Below are positions 20,627 to 32,721 of a stretch of 64,000 nt of DNA, piece by piece. A program made the position numbers and the translations under genes. A model generated the notes under the pieces. The model saw nothing but the letters and a program-made list of their open reading frames with translations. It did not search any database and was not told the DNA's origin. The stretch spans positions 3,168,001-3,232,000 of the forward strand of contig OZ241869.1 of NCBI GenBank assembly GCA_965202805.1, written 5' to 3'. Numbering within the stretch: position 1 is the stretch's first letter; every line of letters begins with the position of its first letter. This DNA comes from Longimicrobiales bacterium. GTDB taxonomy: Bacteria; Gemmatimonadota; Gemmatimonadetes; Longimicrobiales; Gaopeijiaceae.

Positions 20627-20983
20627 GTGGCTGGTATCGATGGGCCGGCTGGCACCGGGGCCCACTCCTCACGACGCGAGCCGCTCGCTGTCTTGCGCGC
20701 GAAGCACCGTGACTACTGTTCCGCGCGTGTATTCCGCATCATTCAGCGCATGTCACCCGACGAGATGTTCGTCTTCGTCAAGGATCTGGCCCACGATTCG
20801 CGGGAGAGCGGGGAGCCCTCCTACGATGAAATGGTTCGTCTGGCTACGACCCGCATCTACGCGGAGGAGGGGCTGCCCTCATTCGAGGACTGGGTCGAGC
20901 AATACAGAACCAACCCGGAGCACTTCGACGCCGTGCTGCTCGATCTCTGGCGGTCCGAAGAGGGCAGACAGCCTCCGGGCTGA
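20627..20983 (+). CDS. Hypothetical protein
   Basis: AGGAGGAG RBS + GTG; non-repetitive composition (LPSFEDWVEQY). Confidence 0.65.
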   Translation: MAGIDGPAGTGAHSSRREPLAVLRAKHRDYCSARVFRIIQRMSPDEMFVFVKDLAHDSRESGEPSYDEMVRLATTRIYAEEGLPSFEDWVEQYRTNPEHFDAVLLDLWRSEEGRQPPG

Positions 20984-21037
20984 CGGGCGCCGGCGTCCCT
21001 CGCTGCTCCCGGCGCGCGTGGATTCAACCACGGACTG

Positions 21038-21481
21038 CTAGAAGGGCAGATCGTCGTCGGGTTCCTGCATCGCGCCTCCCCGCCTGGCCGGATCCGCGGC
21101 CGGGCGTTGCGGACGGCCCCCCGCATCGCCCATCTCGGGGGTTCGGCCTCCCGATCCCAGCATGATCATGTCCCGCACGATGATGTCGGTCCAGTAGCGC
21201 GTCTCACCCTGTGGAGTCTGGGTCTGGGAGTACTCGAGACGGCCTTCGACGTAGAGGCGGTCTCCCTTCTTGACCCACTGTTCGACGATGTCGGAGAGCC
21301 GGCCGAAGAAGGTAAGGCGGTGCCACTGGGTGCGTTCCTGCTGGCGCCCGGAGCGGTCGTTGAAGGTCTCGTTGGTGGCGACGGAGAACTTCGCCACCTT
21401 GGTACCGGAAGGCGTCATGCGGATGTCGGGATCCGAGCCGACGTTGCCGATGAGGGTGACCTTGTTCAGCGAGCGGCTCAT
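21038..21481 (-). CDS. ssb: Single-stranded DNA-binding protein
   Basis: SLNKVTLIGNVGSDP, QWHRL, acidic tail DDDLPF. Confidence 0.96.
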   Translation of the reverse strand: MSRSLNKVTLIGNVGSDPDIRMTPSGTKVAKFSVATNETFNDRSGRQQERTQWHRLTFFGRLSDIVEQWVKKGDRLYVEGRLEYSQTQTPQGETRYWTDIIVRDMIMLGSGGRTPEMGDAGGRPQRPAADPARRGGAMQEPDDDLPF

Positions 21482-21710
21482 GGGCAAGCCTCCCTGGAGC
21501 GGGTGGGTGTTCAAGAGGCGAAGTGTAATCTAACCGGCCCGGGGTGGCCATGCCGATGGAGATTGGGGACCGTACGACCGACCGCTGGCGCCGGGAAGCG
21601 CTCGGGCCCTAGTTTCGTGCCGACCCGGTGGAGCCCGACGCGGGACCGATTCTGGTTCGGGGCAAGCCTCCTCCGACACTTCCGTCACCTCCTGCCAGCG
21701 GATTTCTGCG

Positions 21711-22496
21711 ATGCCGGAACGGCAATATGTGCGTATCGACCGGGACCGGGAGATCGCGATCGTGACCATCGACCGGCGGCGCAAGCTGAACGCCCTCAAT
21801 CAGCAGGTCGTGGCCGAGATCGGCGACGCGTTCGAGTCGCTGGGCGAAGACGACGGCGTACGGGGCGTCATCCTGACCGGGGCGGGCGAGAAGGCCTTCG
21901 TGGCGGGGGCGGACATCGGCGTGCTTGCGGAGATGACGCCTCTTTCGGCCGTGGAGGTGAGCCGCCGGGGACAGGAGGTGCTGGCGGCCATCGAGCGATT
22001 CCCGAAGCCGGTGCTGGCGGCGGTGGGCGGCTTCGCTCTCGGCGGGGGATGCGAGCTGGCGATGGCCTGCCACCTTCGCATCGCTTCCGCGAACGCGCGC
22101 TTCGGGCTTCCGGAGGTAACGCTGGGCATCCTCCCGGGATACGGCGGCACGATTCGGCTGGCGCGCATCGTCGGGCTGGGACGCGCGCTGGAGATGACGC
22201 TCACGGGCGACATGATCGACGCGCCGACGGCGGAGCGCTACGGCCTGGTTTCCCGCGTTGTGGAGAGAGCGGAGCTGCACGACGCGGCGGTCGCGCTGAT
22301 GCGCAGGATCACGAAGAACGCGCCGGTCGCGCTCCGGTTCGCCCTCGAGTCCATCTACTCCGCCCTCGACAGCGCCGAGGCCGATGCGCACGCCTTCGAG
22401 TCATCGCTCTTCGGCGTGCTGGCGGCCACCGAGGACATGCGCGAGGGGATGGGGGCGTTTCTGGAGCGGCGAGGGGCGAACTTCCACGGACGTTGA
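21711..22496 (+). CDS. Enoyl-CoA hydratase (crotonase)
   Basis: KLNALN, AFVAGADI, GGGCELAMAC, PGYGGT. Confidence 0.92.
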   Translation: MPERQYVRIDRDREIAIVTIDRRRKLNALNQQVVAEIGDAFESLGEDDGVRGVILTGAGEKAFVAGADIGVLAEMTPLSAVEVSRRGQEVLAAIERFPKPVLAAVGGFALGGGCELAMACHLRIASANARFGLPEVTLGILPGYGGTIRLARIVGLGRALEMTLTGDMIDAPTAERYGLVSRVVERAELHDAAVALMRRITKNAPVALRFALESIYSALDSAEADAHAFESSLFGVLAATEDMREGMGAFLERRGANFHGR

Positions 22497-22503
22497 AGCG
22501 CCG

Positions 22504-23619
22504 GTGCGTCTGAGCCGTCTTACGCTGTATCACTTCCGCAATCTCGGCGTGCAGGAACTCGAGTTCCCTCCCGAGGGCGTCGCCGTCGTGGGCCCCAACG
22601 CACACGGCAAGACGAACCTGCTGGAGGCGATCTACTATCTGGAGACCTTCCGGTCGTTCCGCGCGGCGAGGGACGAGCAGCTGACGGCCTTCGGGCAGCC
22701 GGTCTTCCGGCTGGCGGGCCGGTTTGCCGGAGAGGACGAACCCGTGGAGGTGACCGCGGCGTTCCAGCGGGCCGGACCGCGCAAGAAGGTGACCATCGAC
22801 GGACACGAGCCCGACCGCCTGGGCGATGCCCTGGGGCGCACGGCGGCGGTCGTGTTCGCTCCCTCGGATGTGAAGGTGGTCGCAGGAGGGCCCGCCGAAC
22901 GGCGCAGGTTCCTCGACATCGTGCTCTCGCTGGCGTCGCCGGGATACCTGCGGGCGCTCCAGCAGTACCGGCTCGTGCTCGCCCAGCGCAACGCGGCGCT
23001 CAAGGCGCGAAGCGACCGCGCGACCGTGGCCGCCTGGGACGACCCGCTCACCTCGCTCGGCGCGAAGGTGATGAGCGCGCGGCGCGGCTGGATCGCCGGT
23101 TCCGCGAAGAGGTTCCGGGCCTACTACCGCGAGATCTCGGGAGGCAGGCCCGCGCGCATGTCGTACCGGCCATCGGTGGGCGATGCGGCGGACGCGGAGC
23201 AGGCGGATCTGCCCGAGCGGTTCGCGCACGCGCTCTCGCGCACGCGCGGCAGGGAGCGGAGGCTGGCCACCACGGTGGTGGGCCCGCACCGCGACGAGAT
23301 GGCGATCAGCCTCGAGGCGGACTCGGGAGACCTCGATCTGCGCACCTTCGGTTCCGGGGGGCAGCAGCGCACCGGCGCCCTGTCCCTTCGTCTCACCGAG
23401 GCCGCCACGGTGCGCGAGGTGCGCGGGAAGACCCCCATCCTGCTGCTGGACGACGTGTTCTCGGAGCTGGATGAGGGCCGATCCCGGCGCATCCTGGAAC
23501 TCATCGAGGGGAGCCTGCGCCATCAGGTGATTCTCACGGCGCCCCGGGAGACGGATGTGCAGGTGCGCCGGGAGACGATTCCGCGGTGGCGCGTCGACAA
23601 CGGAGTCGTGAGCACGTGA
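22504..23619 (+). CDS. recF: DNA replication/repair protein RecF
   Basis: FRN, GPNAHGKTN, RRRFLD, GPHRD, SGGQQR, LLLDDVFSELD. Confidence 0.93.
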   Translation: MRLSRLTLYHFRNLGVQELEFPPEGVAVVGPNAHGKTNLLEAIYYLETFRSFRAARDEQLTAFGQPVFRLAGRFAGEDEPVEVTAAFQRAGPRKKVTIDGHEPDRLGDALGRTAAVVFAPSDVKVVAGGPAERRRFLDIVLSLASPGYLRALQQYRLVLAQRNAALKARSDRATVAAWDDPLTSLGAKVMSARRGWIAGSAKRFRAYYREISGGRPARMSYRPSVGDAADAEQADLPERFAHALSRTRGRERRLATTVVGPHRDEMAISLEADSGDLDLRTFGSGGQQRTGALSLRLTEAATVREVRGKTPILLLDDVFSELDEGRSRRILELIEGSLRHQVILTAPRETDVQVRRETIPRWRVDNGVVST

Positions 23620-24077
23620 GCGAGACCCGTGAGGAGATCGCGCGCATCCTGGCCCGCCGAAGACGTGCGGCCGGTCCGGACGGCGAACCGGAGGGATCCC
23701 CGGAAGGTGTACCGGGCCGGTCACGGCCGGGCGCCCGGCGGGCCGGGGCAACCGGTTCCACGCCGCGGGGTCCCGAGAAGGTGGCAGACGTTCTCGGGCG
23801 CGTGCTCCGGCGACGGGGTCTCGACAGGCAGTTGGAGTATCAGAAGCTGGTGGAGGACTGGCCCCGGCTGGTGGGCCCGGGTTTGGCGCGCGTGACCCGG
23901 GCGCGCTCGGTCAGGAACGGGATCCTGATCGTGGAGGTGCCCTCCTCCGCGTGGGCCATGGAGCTCAACATGCGCAAACGGCAGATCATGGCGCGGCTGA
24001 ACGCCGGCCGGAGCGTTCGCATCAAGCGCGTGATGTTCGTGCTCTCCGCCGGCGATGAAGAGGGGGGTGGATGGTGA
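23616..24077 (+). CDS. DUF721 / DciA family protein
   Basis: WPRLVG...GILIVEVPSSAWAMEL pattern; typical position after recF. Confidence 0.75.
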   Translation: MSETREEIARILARRRRAAGPDGEPEGSPEGVPGRSRPGARRAGATGSTPRGPEKVADVLGRVLRRRGLDRQLEYQKLVEDWPRLVGPGLARVTRARSVRNGILIVEVPSSAWAMELNMRKRQIMARLNAGRSVRIKRVMFVLSAGDEEGGGW

Positions 24078-25564
24078 AGCGCGGATTCTTCGGCCGCGCC
24101 GCGCGATGGCTTCTGGTCGGGGTGGGAGCCTACTTCGCGGTCGTGTACGTCGACGCGCGCCTGGACTGGGTGGCGATGGAGGAGGGGGGGGCCTCCGCCC
24201 TCCCGCCCCCCGCCCCATCGACCCGGGTGGCCGGCGCGATCCACGTGCACACGCGCCGCTCCGACGACGCCATCGGGACCGAAGCCGAATTGGCGCGAGC
24301 GGCGCGCGCGGCCGGTCTGGACTTCGTCTTCCTCGCCGACCATCGCGACGCAAGCTCCCCCCCGGCCGAGTGGGAACGCACCGCCCGGCGGGTGGAGGGG
24401 GTGCTGCTGGTCCGCGGCCAGGAGATCCGCGTGGAAGGGGTCGGCAAGGTGCTGGTCGACCGCCTGGATACCGCGGTGGTGTCGTGGACGGGCGGAGCGG
24501 AGAGCTTCCTCGCCCGGGTGGAGCGCGACTCGGCCTTCGCGGTGGTGGCGCACCCGCGCGGCCGTCCCTCCGACAGGTGGCGGCCCGCCGGCGCGCCCGG
24601 GATGGCCGCCTGGGAGGTGTTCGACTTCGCGGACGTGGCCCGCCGCCGACTGGCGAGCCCGAGCGTCCTCTACCACCTGGTGGCGTTGGCGGGCGGGGAG
24701 CTGACCGGCCGCGCCGAGCACAGCTGGCTGCGGCTCTACCGGGACGGGTTCCGCGCCCCCGGGGTGGCCGCCTTCGACTCCCTGTGGGCTGGCGGCGGAT
24801 CGGGGCGGTCGCTCCCGCTCGAGCGGCCGGCGTCGACCGGCGGGATTCGGCCCGCCGCGGCCGGCCAGGGTGGTCGGACCGTCCTGGAGGGCTCCCGGCC
24901 CGCGATGGTCGGACGGCCCGGCCCCACCGCGGTCGGAGGGCTCGACATGCACCCCAAGGCCCGGCTGCCGGGGGGCAGGCTCTTCCCCTCGTACACGTCC
25001 TCGCTGCGCACGATGATCAACCACGTCGCGCTCGACGCACCGCCGGACTCCGACCCGGCCGAGGCCGCCCGCGCGCTGGGGGCGGCGATCGGGCGCGGCG
25101 ACGTGTTCGTGTCGTTCGGCGATGCGGAAGGGGCGCGCGCGTTCCGGGTCGGGGTGGCCGACCCGGGTCGCGGGGCCACCGGGCCGGGCGTCGCCGTCTC
25201 CGCCGCCGGGCCGGGCGCCACCCCCGCCGGGCCGGGCACTACCCCCGCCGCCGGCGAATCCGCAACCCCCGTCCCCGCTTCCGGCCACGTCCCTCCCGGC
25301 GGAGCCACCCGCATGGCCGCGGGGCTCCGCCTGGAGGCCGGATTCGCGACCGCACCGGGCCGGGTCGCCTACCGGGTCGTGCGCGACGGCCGGGAGGTGG
25401 GGTGGTGGCGGGGGCCCGGCCTGTCTCGGGCGGTCGACGGACCCGGAGCCTACCGGGTGGAGGTGTTCAGGTACTCGGCCCGCCTGGGCCGACTGGTGTG
25501 GAACCTGCGCCCGTGGATCTTCGCCAATCCCGTGCTCGTGCGGCCATCGGCCGGAGGGCGCTGA
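24071..25564 (+). CDS. Membrane-anchored PHP-domain metallohydrolase-like protein
   Basis: HVHT..SD, ADH, AHP, GGLDMH PHP motifs; C-terminal YRVEV...WIFANPV. Confidence 0.65.
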   Translation: MVKRGFFGRAARWLLVGVGAYFAVVYVDARLDWVAMEEGGASALPPPAPSTRVAGAIHVHTRRSDDAIGTEAELARAARAAGLDFVFLADHRDASSPPAEWERTARRVEGVLLVRGQEIRVEGVGKVLVDRLDTAVVSWTGGAESFLARVERDSAFAVVAHPRGRPSDRWRPAGAPGMAAWEVFDFADVARRRLASPSVLYHLVALAGGELTGRAEHSWLRLYRDGFRAPGVAAFDSLWAGGGSGRSLPLERPASTGGIRPAAAGQGGRTVLEGSRPAMVGRPGPTAVGGLDMHPKARLPGGRLFPSYTSSLRTMINHVALDAPPDSDPAEAARALGAAIGRGDVFVSFGDAEGARAFRVGVADPGRGATGPGVAVSAAGPGATPAGPGTTPAAGESATPVPASGHVPPGGATRMAAGLRLEAGFATAPGRVAYRVVRDGREVGWWRGPGLSRAVDGPGAYRVEVFRYSARLGRLVWNLRPWIFANPVLVRPSAGGR

Positions 25565-27733
<2,169 letters not shown>

Positions 27734-27795
27734 CGCAGGTCGGCGATTGTCCGCGGCTCCTCGGCCGCCGCCCGACTACCTCTCGTCCAGCAACG

Positions 27796-28608
27796 CTACG
27801 GAGCGTTTCTCCGTCGCGCCGCATTGGCCAGGATCGCCTCCCGGAAGAACGCCGCCAACCCGGCTCCACGCTTCTCGAAGTGCTCGGTAAAGCGCGGATC
27901 CGCGACGTACATGTCGGCCAGGCCCGCGTGCATCGCGTGGCTGCACGGGTAGAACCAGCGGTCGATGTGGCAGCGGTGCTCCTCGGCGAGCTCTCTCGCG
28001 GCCCTGCTCGCAGCGTGGGCGCCCCCCTCCAGCAGCGCGGCGAGGCGAGCCATCACGTCCTCGGCTTCGGCCTTGATGCGCGTCCAGTCGTCCCCGTTGT
28101 AGCGCCGGGTGCGCCGCATGGATTCCGTGTAGGCGTCCGTCCGACCCCAGCGCTCGCGCGCCTCGTCCTCGTAGCGCTCGTGGTCGGAGTCCTCCAGCCC
28201 CTCGAACATCGTCGTCGTCTCCATCGGCTTCTCCTCCTCCATCGCCGCGAGCGCGCGGTCCACGCCCGCGATGATCCTGTTCGTCCTCTCCTGCCGTTCG
28301 CGCAACAGCTCCCGCTGGGCGATGAGAGCGCGCCGCTGGTCGTACGCAGCGGCATCCACCATCTCCGCGATGGCATCCAGCCGGAACCCCAGCTCGCGCA
28401 GCAGCAGGATCTGCCGGAGCCGCTCCAGATCCTCGTAGCCGTAGAGGCGGTAGCCGTTGCCCGCCCGCCGGGACGGGACCAGGAGTCCGATCCGGTCATA
28501 GTGGTGGAGGGTGCGCACCGTGACCTTGGCCAGGGTTGCGACCTCGCCGACGGTGTGTAGCTCTTCACCGGAGGGATCGTGCACCGCCAGTGGTTTTTCG
28601 GTGTTCAT
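27796..28608 (-). CDS. MerR family regulator with TipAS antibiotic-recognition domain
   Basis: TVRTLHHYDRIGLL, NGYRLY; C-terminal EARERWG, YVADPRF. Confidence 0.9.
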   Translation of the reverse strand: MNTEKPLAVHDPSGEELHTVGEVATLAKVTVRTLHHYDRIGLLVPSRRAGNGYRLYGYEDLERLRQILLLRELGFRLDAIAEMVDAAAYDQRRALIAQRELLRERQERTNRIIAGVDRALAAMEEEKPMETTTMFEGLEDSDHERYEDEARERWGRTDAYTESMRRTRRYNGDDWTRIKAEAEDVMARLAALLEGGAHAASRAARELAEEHRCHIDRWFYPCSHAMHAGLADMYVADPRFTEHFEKRGAGLAAFFREAILANAARRRNAP

Positions 28609-28614
28609 GGACGG

Positions 28615-28645
28615 AAGTTAAACCCTGACGTTACGTCAGGGTCAA
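28615..28645 (-). promoter_or_regulatory. MerR-type promoter TTGACC-N19-TAACTT with perfect dyad operator
   Basis: 19-nt spacer; ACCCTGACGT-T-ACGTCAGGGT at 28622-28642; -10 ends 6 nt before the ATG. Confidence 0.85.
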
Positions 28646-28647
28646 GG
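28629..28647 (+). repeat. Left att-like direct repeat CGTTACGTCAGGGTCAAGG
   Basis: 18/19 identical to 47499-47517. Confidence 0.8.
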
Positions 28648-28885
28648 GGGGCGGAAATCAAGGCAAGGAATCGTCCAAGTTGAACTGGGACTGCACGATC
28701 TGCCGTCCTTGCCGATAGGCCGTGTCCAATCCCACTGGGCCGAAATAGCGGGGAAATCGGGTCGAATGGCGGGAAAGCGAACGCCACGAAACTGGTAGAA
28801 GAGCCCTCTCAAGCGGTAGCCCAAACAGGCGGACAAGTCCGACAAGGATGCCCATCCGAAGGAACGTGTGCACGCACAGCTAGGA

Positions 28886-29746
28886 TTAGTGCCAGCGAAT
28901 CGACGCCGATCCGGTGTCCGTGGGGAGGATCATCCAACGAGGGGCAATCAGGAGTTCGCCTCCTCGCCTGCGGCTGGACGCCGAGTAACGGAGAGAATAG
29001 GACCTGACCGTCGCCCACTCCTCGTAGAGCGCTCGCACTTCCGCGCAGTCGTCGTAGGTCAGGACCCACGGTCTGTCGTCCATCGTCCGCAGAACCTGAG
29101 CGAGCCGCGCATGATACGGGGCATCAAGGGCATTCAGGTACAGCGTAGGTCCTTTCCCGAAGTACGGCGGATCGATGAAGAAGAACGTGCCAGCGTCCGC
29201 AAGACTCCGAACGAAATCGATCCCGTCCAGCGCGGAGATGTGGATCCTCGACGCCTGCCGAGCGACTCGTTGACAGCGCTCCACTAGACCCTGCCGGTTG
29301 AAACGAGCGTCAAGGCGCCACTTCCCGGTTTGCCCGATTCCGCCGATTGGACCCCCGTTGCGGATAATCCCAGAGCGATTACAGCGGTTCAGGTAGAACG
29401 CTGCGAACGCCCGTTCCAGCCGTGAGGCCGAGCTAGGATCACGGTAGATCGCCCGCTGGCGGAGCCATTCGTCTATCGTGAGCGGCGCGGTATGGATCAT
29501 CTCCGAGAACTGGTCGATCCGCTCCAGGACCGCCCACCAGATATCCGAAACAGCTTCATCGACATCGTTGATGTGGACTGCCGGTGCCTCCCGACGAAAC
29601 AACAGCGTCAACGCCGCACCAGCGCCACCCGCATACGGTTCGGCGAAATCCCGATCTCGAAGTCGATTGGCGACGCGTACGCGGTTCAGGAGCCCCGCCA
29701 TCGTGGACTTCCCTCCCGGATACCGTAGAGGGCTAGCGGTCCCCAT
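28886..29746 (-). CDS. DNA adenine methyltransferase, D12/Dam class
   Basis: SPLRYPGGKS, EPYAGGAG, INDVD, DPPY motifs. Confidence 0.92.
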   Translation of the reverse strand: MGTASPLRYPGGKSTMAGLLNRVRVANRLRDRDFAEPYAGGAGAALTLLFRREAPAVHINDVDEAVSDIWWAVLERIDQFSEMIHTAPLTIDEWLRQRAIYRDPSSASRLERAFAAFYLNRCNRSGIIRNGGPIGGIGQTGKWRLDARFNRQGLVERCQRVARQASRIHISALDGIDFVRSLADAGTFFFIDPPYFGKGPTLYLNALDAPYHARLAQVLRTMDDRPWVLTYDDCAEVRALYEEWATVRSYSLRYSASSRRRGGELLIAPRWMILPTDTGSASIRWH

Positions 29747-29838
29747 ATCGCGCCAATCCTACCAAGGAGCCATCGTCGGCGCGTGGTCGCCGGTTTGCCG
29801 ACCTGAAACCAGCCGCCCGGAGCCCTCCCCAACGGATT

Positions 29839-30780
29839 CTAGTCGGCGTCAAGGGCGTGCCTGGCTTGCAGTGAGACCCCGATCCACTCTCGGAGCCGCT
29901 CGTCAAGTTGACTGTCCATGGCATCCGAACATAGCGCTGAGATACGGCATCGGTCGAGCAGGATCTGATCGGTCCCCGCGTCGCTCGCGTCCGGTTCCGA
30001 CAAGGCCCTTGGGACGAAGAACGCGGGAATCGGGTCCACGGCGACCGGTCCGGCGAAGTTCCGCTTGCACCAGCGTCCGGGTTGAAGTTCGTGTGTCTTC
30101 GTCTTCCAATGCTGGCCGACCGCGCACTGGCCAAACAGTATCAGTTTCGAGGCTCTCCGGTCTGGGAATTCCTTCCACGCCACGACATCGAGGCCATCGT
30201 CCTTGCTCTGGCTCAGGTTCTCGCGATCCGCGCATGCCTTCCCCTCCCGCAAGAGATTGGCCAAGTGGGCGACCGCGTCACGGAAGCCTGCCGGAAGGTC
30301 ACGCCGCGGCGCTCCGAACACCACTGCCGTCCTACTGTCACCGAGGTATCGACCGGCAGCCGTGGCGCTCAACTCCTCGAAAAGCTTGTAGACCGTGGTT
30401 CCATCTTGGTGGTCATCCGTGAAGCCAAGAGACACGAGCAACTGAAACAGGTAGGGCGAAGGGTGGCCACGAAGCTGAAGCCCATGTTGGCTGATATCAA
30501 ACGGGTAGGCGTCACCCGGTCCGCACGCTTGAGCCCTGTCGCCAAGGGCTTGGATCCACTCGTCCAGTAGCGTCTCGAATGGCTCAATGTCTCGCCATCC
30601 TGCCTCGGGCGGTTCCCTCCCGCGCTCCGAGTAGGTCGCGGTCGCTTCCTCCTCGGAGACCGTACGCCGGAGTTGTCCGATCACGTCGGCCCAAGCGAGG
30701 TAGCCTGAGGAGTCCGCCAAGCAGGTCCACTCCAGGCGATCGGCAGCGTCCTCGACCGCCAGGCTCGTGTCCGCGGTCAA
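29839..30780 (-). CDS. Putative PD-(D/E)xK restriction-endonuclease-like protein
   Basis: FEEL...KDDGLDVVAW...LILFGQC pattern; 4-nt overlap with upstream ParB gene. Confidence 0.55.
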   Translation of the reverse strand: MTADTSLAVEDAADRLEWTCLADSSGYLAWADVIGQLRRTVSEEEATATYSERGREPPEAGWRDIEPFETLLDEWIQALGDRAQACGPGDAYPFDISQHGLQLRGHPSPYLFQLLVSLGFTDDHQDGTTVYKLFEELSATAAGRYLGDSRTAVVFGAPRRDLPAGFRDAVAHLANLLREGKACADRENLSQSKDDGLDVVAWKEFPDRRASKLILFGQCAVGQHWKTKTHELQPGRWCKRNFAGPVAVDPIPAFFVPRALSEPDASDAGTDQILLDRCRISALCSDAMDSQLDERLREWIGVSLQARHALDAD

Positions 30781-31838
30781 GGCTCGTCGCGCGTCATGAG
30801 AGTCTTGAGTGACTCGGCCTGCCGAAGGAGGCTATTCACCGTTTCCACCAATTCTTCCTCGCCTTTGAACCCAGTCGAGACAAAGAGCATGGCCTCCCTC
30901 GCGCTGGCCTCGGCCTTGGTGAGTGCAGCCCGGAAAAGGTGGGCGTCGCCGAGTGAAGCGTCGAGCGCCACCGAAAGCGAGCTTCCGCTCTCCAGCAAGT
31001 CTATGCCCTTCTGCACCTCAAGAGTCCGCGCAAGGCGACGAAGGTCCGGGTTCTGGCGGCGAACCGTCGCGTCGATGTTCTCTGACTGGCTCCCGAAGAG
31101 CCATCGCATGAGGTATCCCAATTGCCGCAGGTGGCTTGGGGGAACCGGGTTTTCGTTCTCCAGCGCGTCGGGGTCGACTCCTAGGTACTTCCTGATGGAC
31201 ACATAGCCGAGCGCGGTCCACAGGTGGGAAAAAGGGAATCGTTTGTGCTGGGCGTCGGTCGTATCGAAATCGAGCTGCTCCTGTGCCTGCCGGAGGACCA
31301 CATATCCTCGGTACAGGCGCGCCACCGTCTCGTGGCGGTCTCCGATCCCCGACGCGATCTCAGCGAGACTCACGCCGAAGTCCCGCCGGACGCCAAACAC
31401 GTAATCCGCCTTGGCGATGGAATCCCAAGCCTGCGGGCCGTTGACGTGCTTGAAGCCAACGAAACCCCAAAGCTCCTCTCTTGTCGCGTGAATCACCGGG
31501 AGCTCTCGGATTGATTCCAGCACCGCCTCTGATGGATGTTCCTTGAGCGCGATACTGAGCCGCTCCCGTAGATGAGCATCCGAGAGGATCTTGACGGCCG
31601 CGAGCCGTCGGTTGCCCTCGACTACGACGAGACGACCGTCCTCCTCGGTCGCGAAGAGCTCCTCATGCTGCCAGAAACCGTTCGCCAGAATGGAGTCGAC
31701 CAGCTCGTTCACCGACTTGTTTCGCCAGAGCCAGAGCAGGATATCGTCCTGCTTTTCGACAGAGAGTCCTTCGTCCGCAAGCCGCGGGTTCGCGGGATCG
31801 AGGTACAGCTCGGCTGGGGCGTAACCAACGACCGCCAA
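30777..31838 (-). CDS. ParB/Srx N-terminal domain protein with HTH-like segment
   Basis: LYLDPANPRL, LVVVEGNRRLAAVK, SLAEIASGIG; AAAGGA RBS before TTG. Confidence 0.78.
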   Translation of the reverse strand: MAVVGYAPAELYLDPANPRLADEGLSVEKQDDILLWLWRNKSVNELVDSILANGFWQHEELFATEEDGRLVVVEGNRRLAAVKILSDAHLRERLSIALKEHPSEAVLESIRELPVIHATREELWGFVGFKHVNGPQAWDSIAKADYVFGVRRDFGVSLAEIASGIGDRHETVARLYRGYVVLRQAQEQLDFDTTDAQHKRFPFSHLWTALGYVSIRKYLGVDPDALENENPVPPSHLRQLGYLMRWLFGSQSENIDATVRRQNPDLRRLARTLEVQKGIDLLESGSSLSVALDASLGDAHLFRAALTKAEASAREAMLFVSTGFKGEEELVETVNSLLRQAESLKTLMTRDEP

Positions 31839-32041
31839 GGCGAATCATCCTTTCTGGAGAGGAGCCGTGAACCGGAGCGGTACCGGAAAGCCGACGCTGG
31901 TATCCGCAGCACCGCCCTTCAGTTTGCGTGTTCAGAGGACTCGTGGCTACCCCAACCGTGGATCCGACCCGCCACTTCCCTCAGTGGAACCGCGTCTCGC
32001 AGCCGAGCTTTCCTCGATCCCTCCGGGGACCAGTCCGATGG

Positions 32042-32721
32042 TGCGAGGTGGTCCCGGTTTCTTGGACAGGTCGTTAAGGTGGATTCCAGAGCGGAACGGG
32101 AGGCACCGAGATGGCCAGGAAGAGACGACGATTCACGCCCCGGTTCAAGGCACGGGTAGCGCTGGAGGCGTTGCGCGAGAGGGACAGCGTGCAGGCGATC
32201 GCCAGACGGCATGAGCTTCATCCGAACCAGGTGAGCACTTGGAAGCGGCTGCTGCTGGAGGGCTTCCGGAGGTGTTCTCGGGGGGTGCGGGCCGCAAGGC
32301 GGCCAGGGGAGCATGAGGCGAAGATCCGGGAGTTGCACGCCAAGATCGGGGAGTTGACGGTCGAGCGGGTTTTTCGGCGCGGCTCGAGCGAGACCCTGGA
32401 CGACGCGCTGGGCTGGCGGAGATCCCGAACACGGATCAAGGCGCCCAGTTCACCAGCGGGGCCTTCGCGGACCGGGTGCTGGGTGCGGGCGTGGCGTTCT
32501 CGATGGACGGCCGGGGCCGCTTTCACGACAACATCTTCATCGAGCGGCTGTGGCGGTCGCTGAAGTACGAGGCCGTGTATCTTCACGAACTCCGCAATGG
32601 GCTGGACGCGGAACGGATCATCGGCTCGTGGATCGATTTCTACAACGAGGTGTGCCCGCAATCGTCCCTCGGCGGGCGAACGCCGGGCGACGCCTATCAG
32701 GAAGGCGCGGAGGTGTCGTGA
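32042..32721 (+). mobile_element. IS3-family remnant with large internal deletion
   Basis: OrfA RRFTPRFKARVALEAL...VSTWK at 32111; OrfB tail NTDQGAQFTS, DNIFIERLWRSLKYE; IRL-like GTGGTCCCGGTTTCTTGGACA. Confidence 0.85.

Noticed and set aside
30777..31838. Chromosome or plasmid partition ParB
   Set aside because: No ParA, no parS-like palindrome noticed, and the context is nuclease/MTase.
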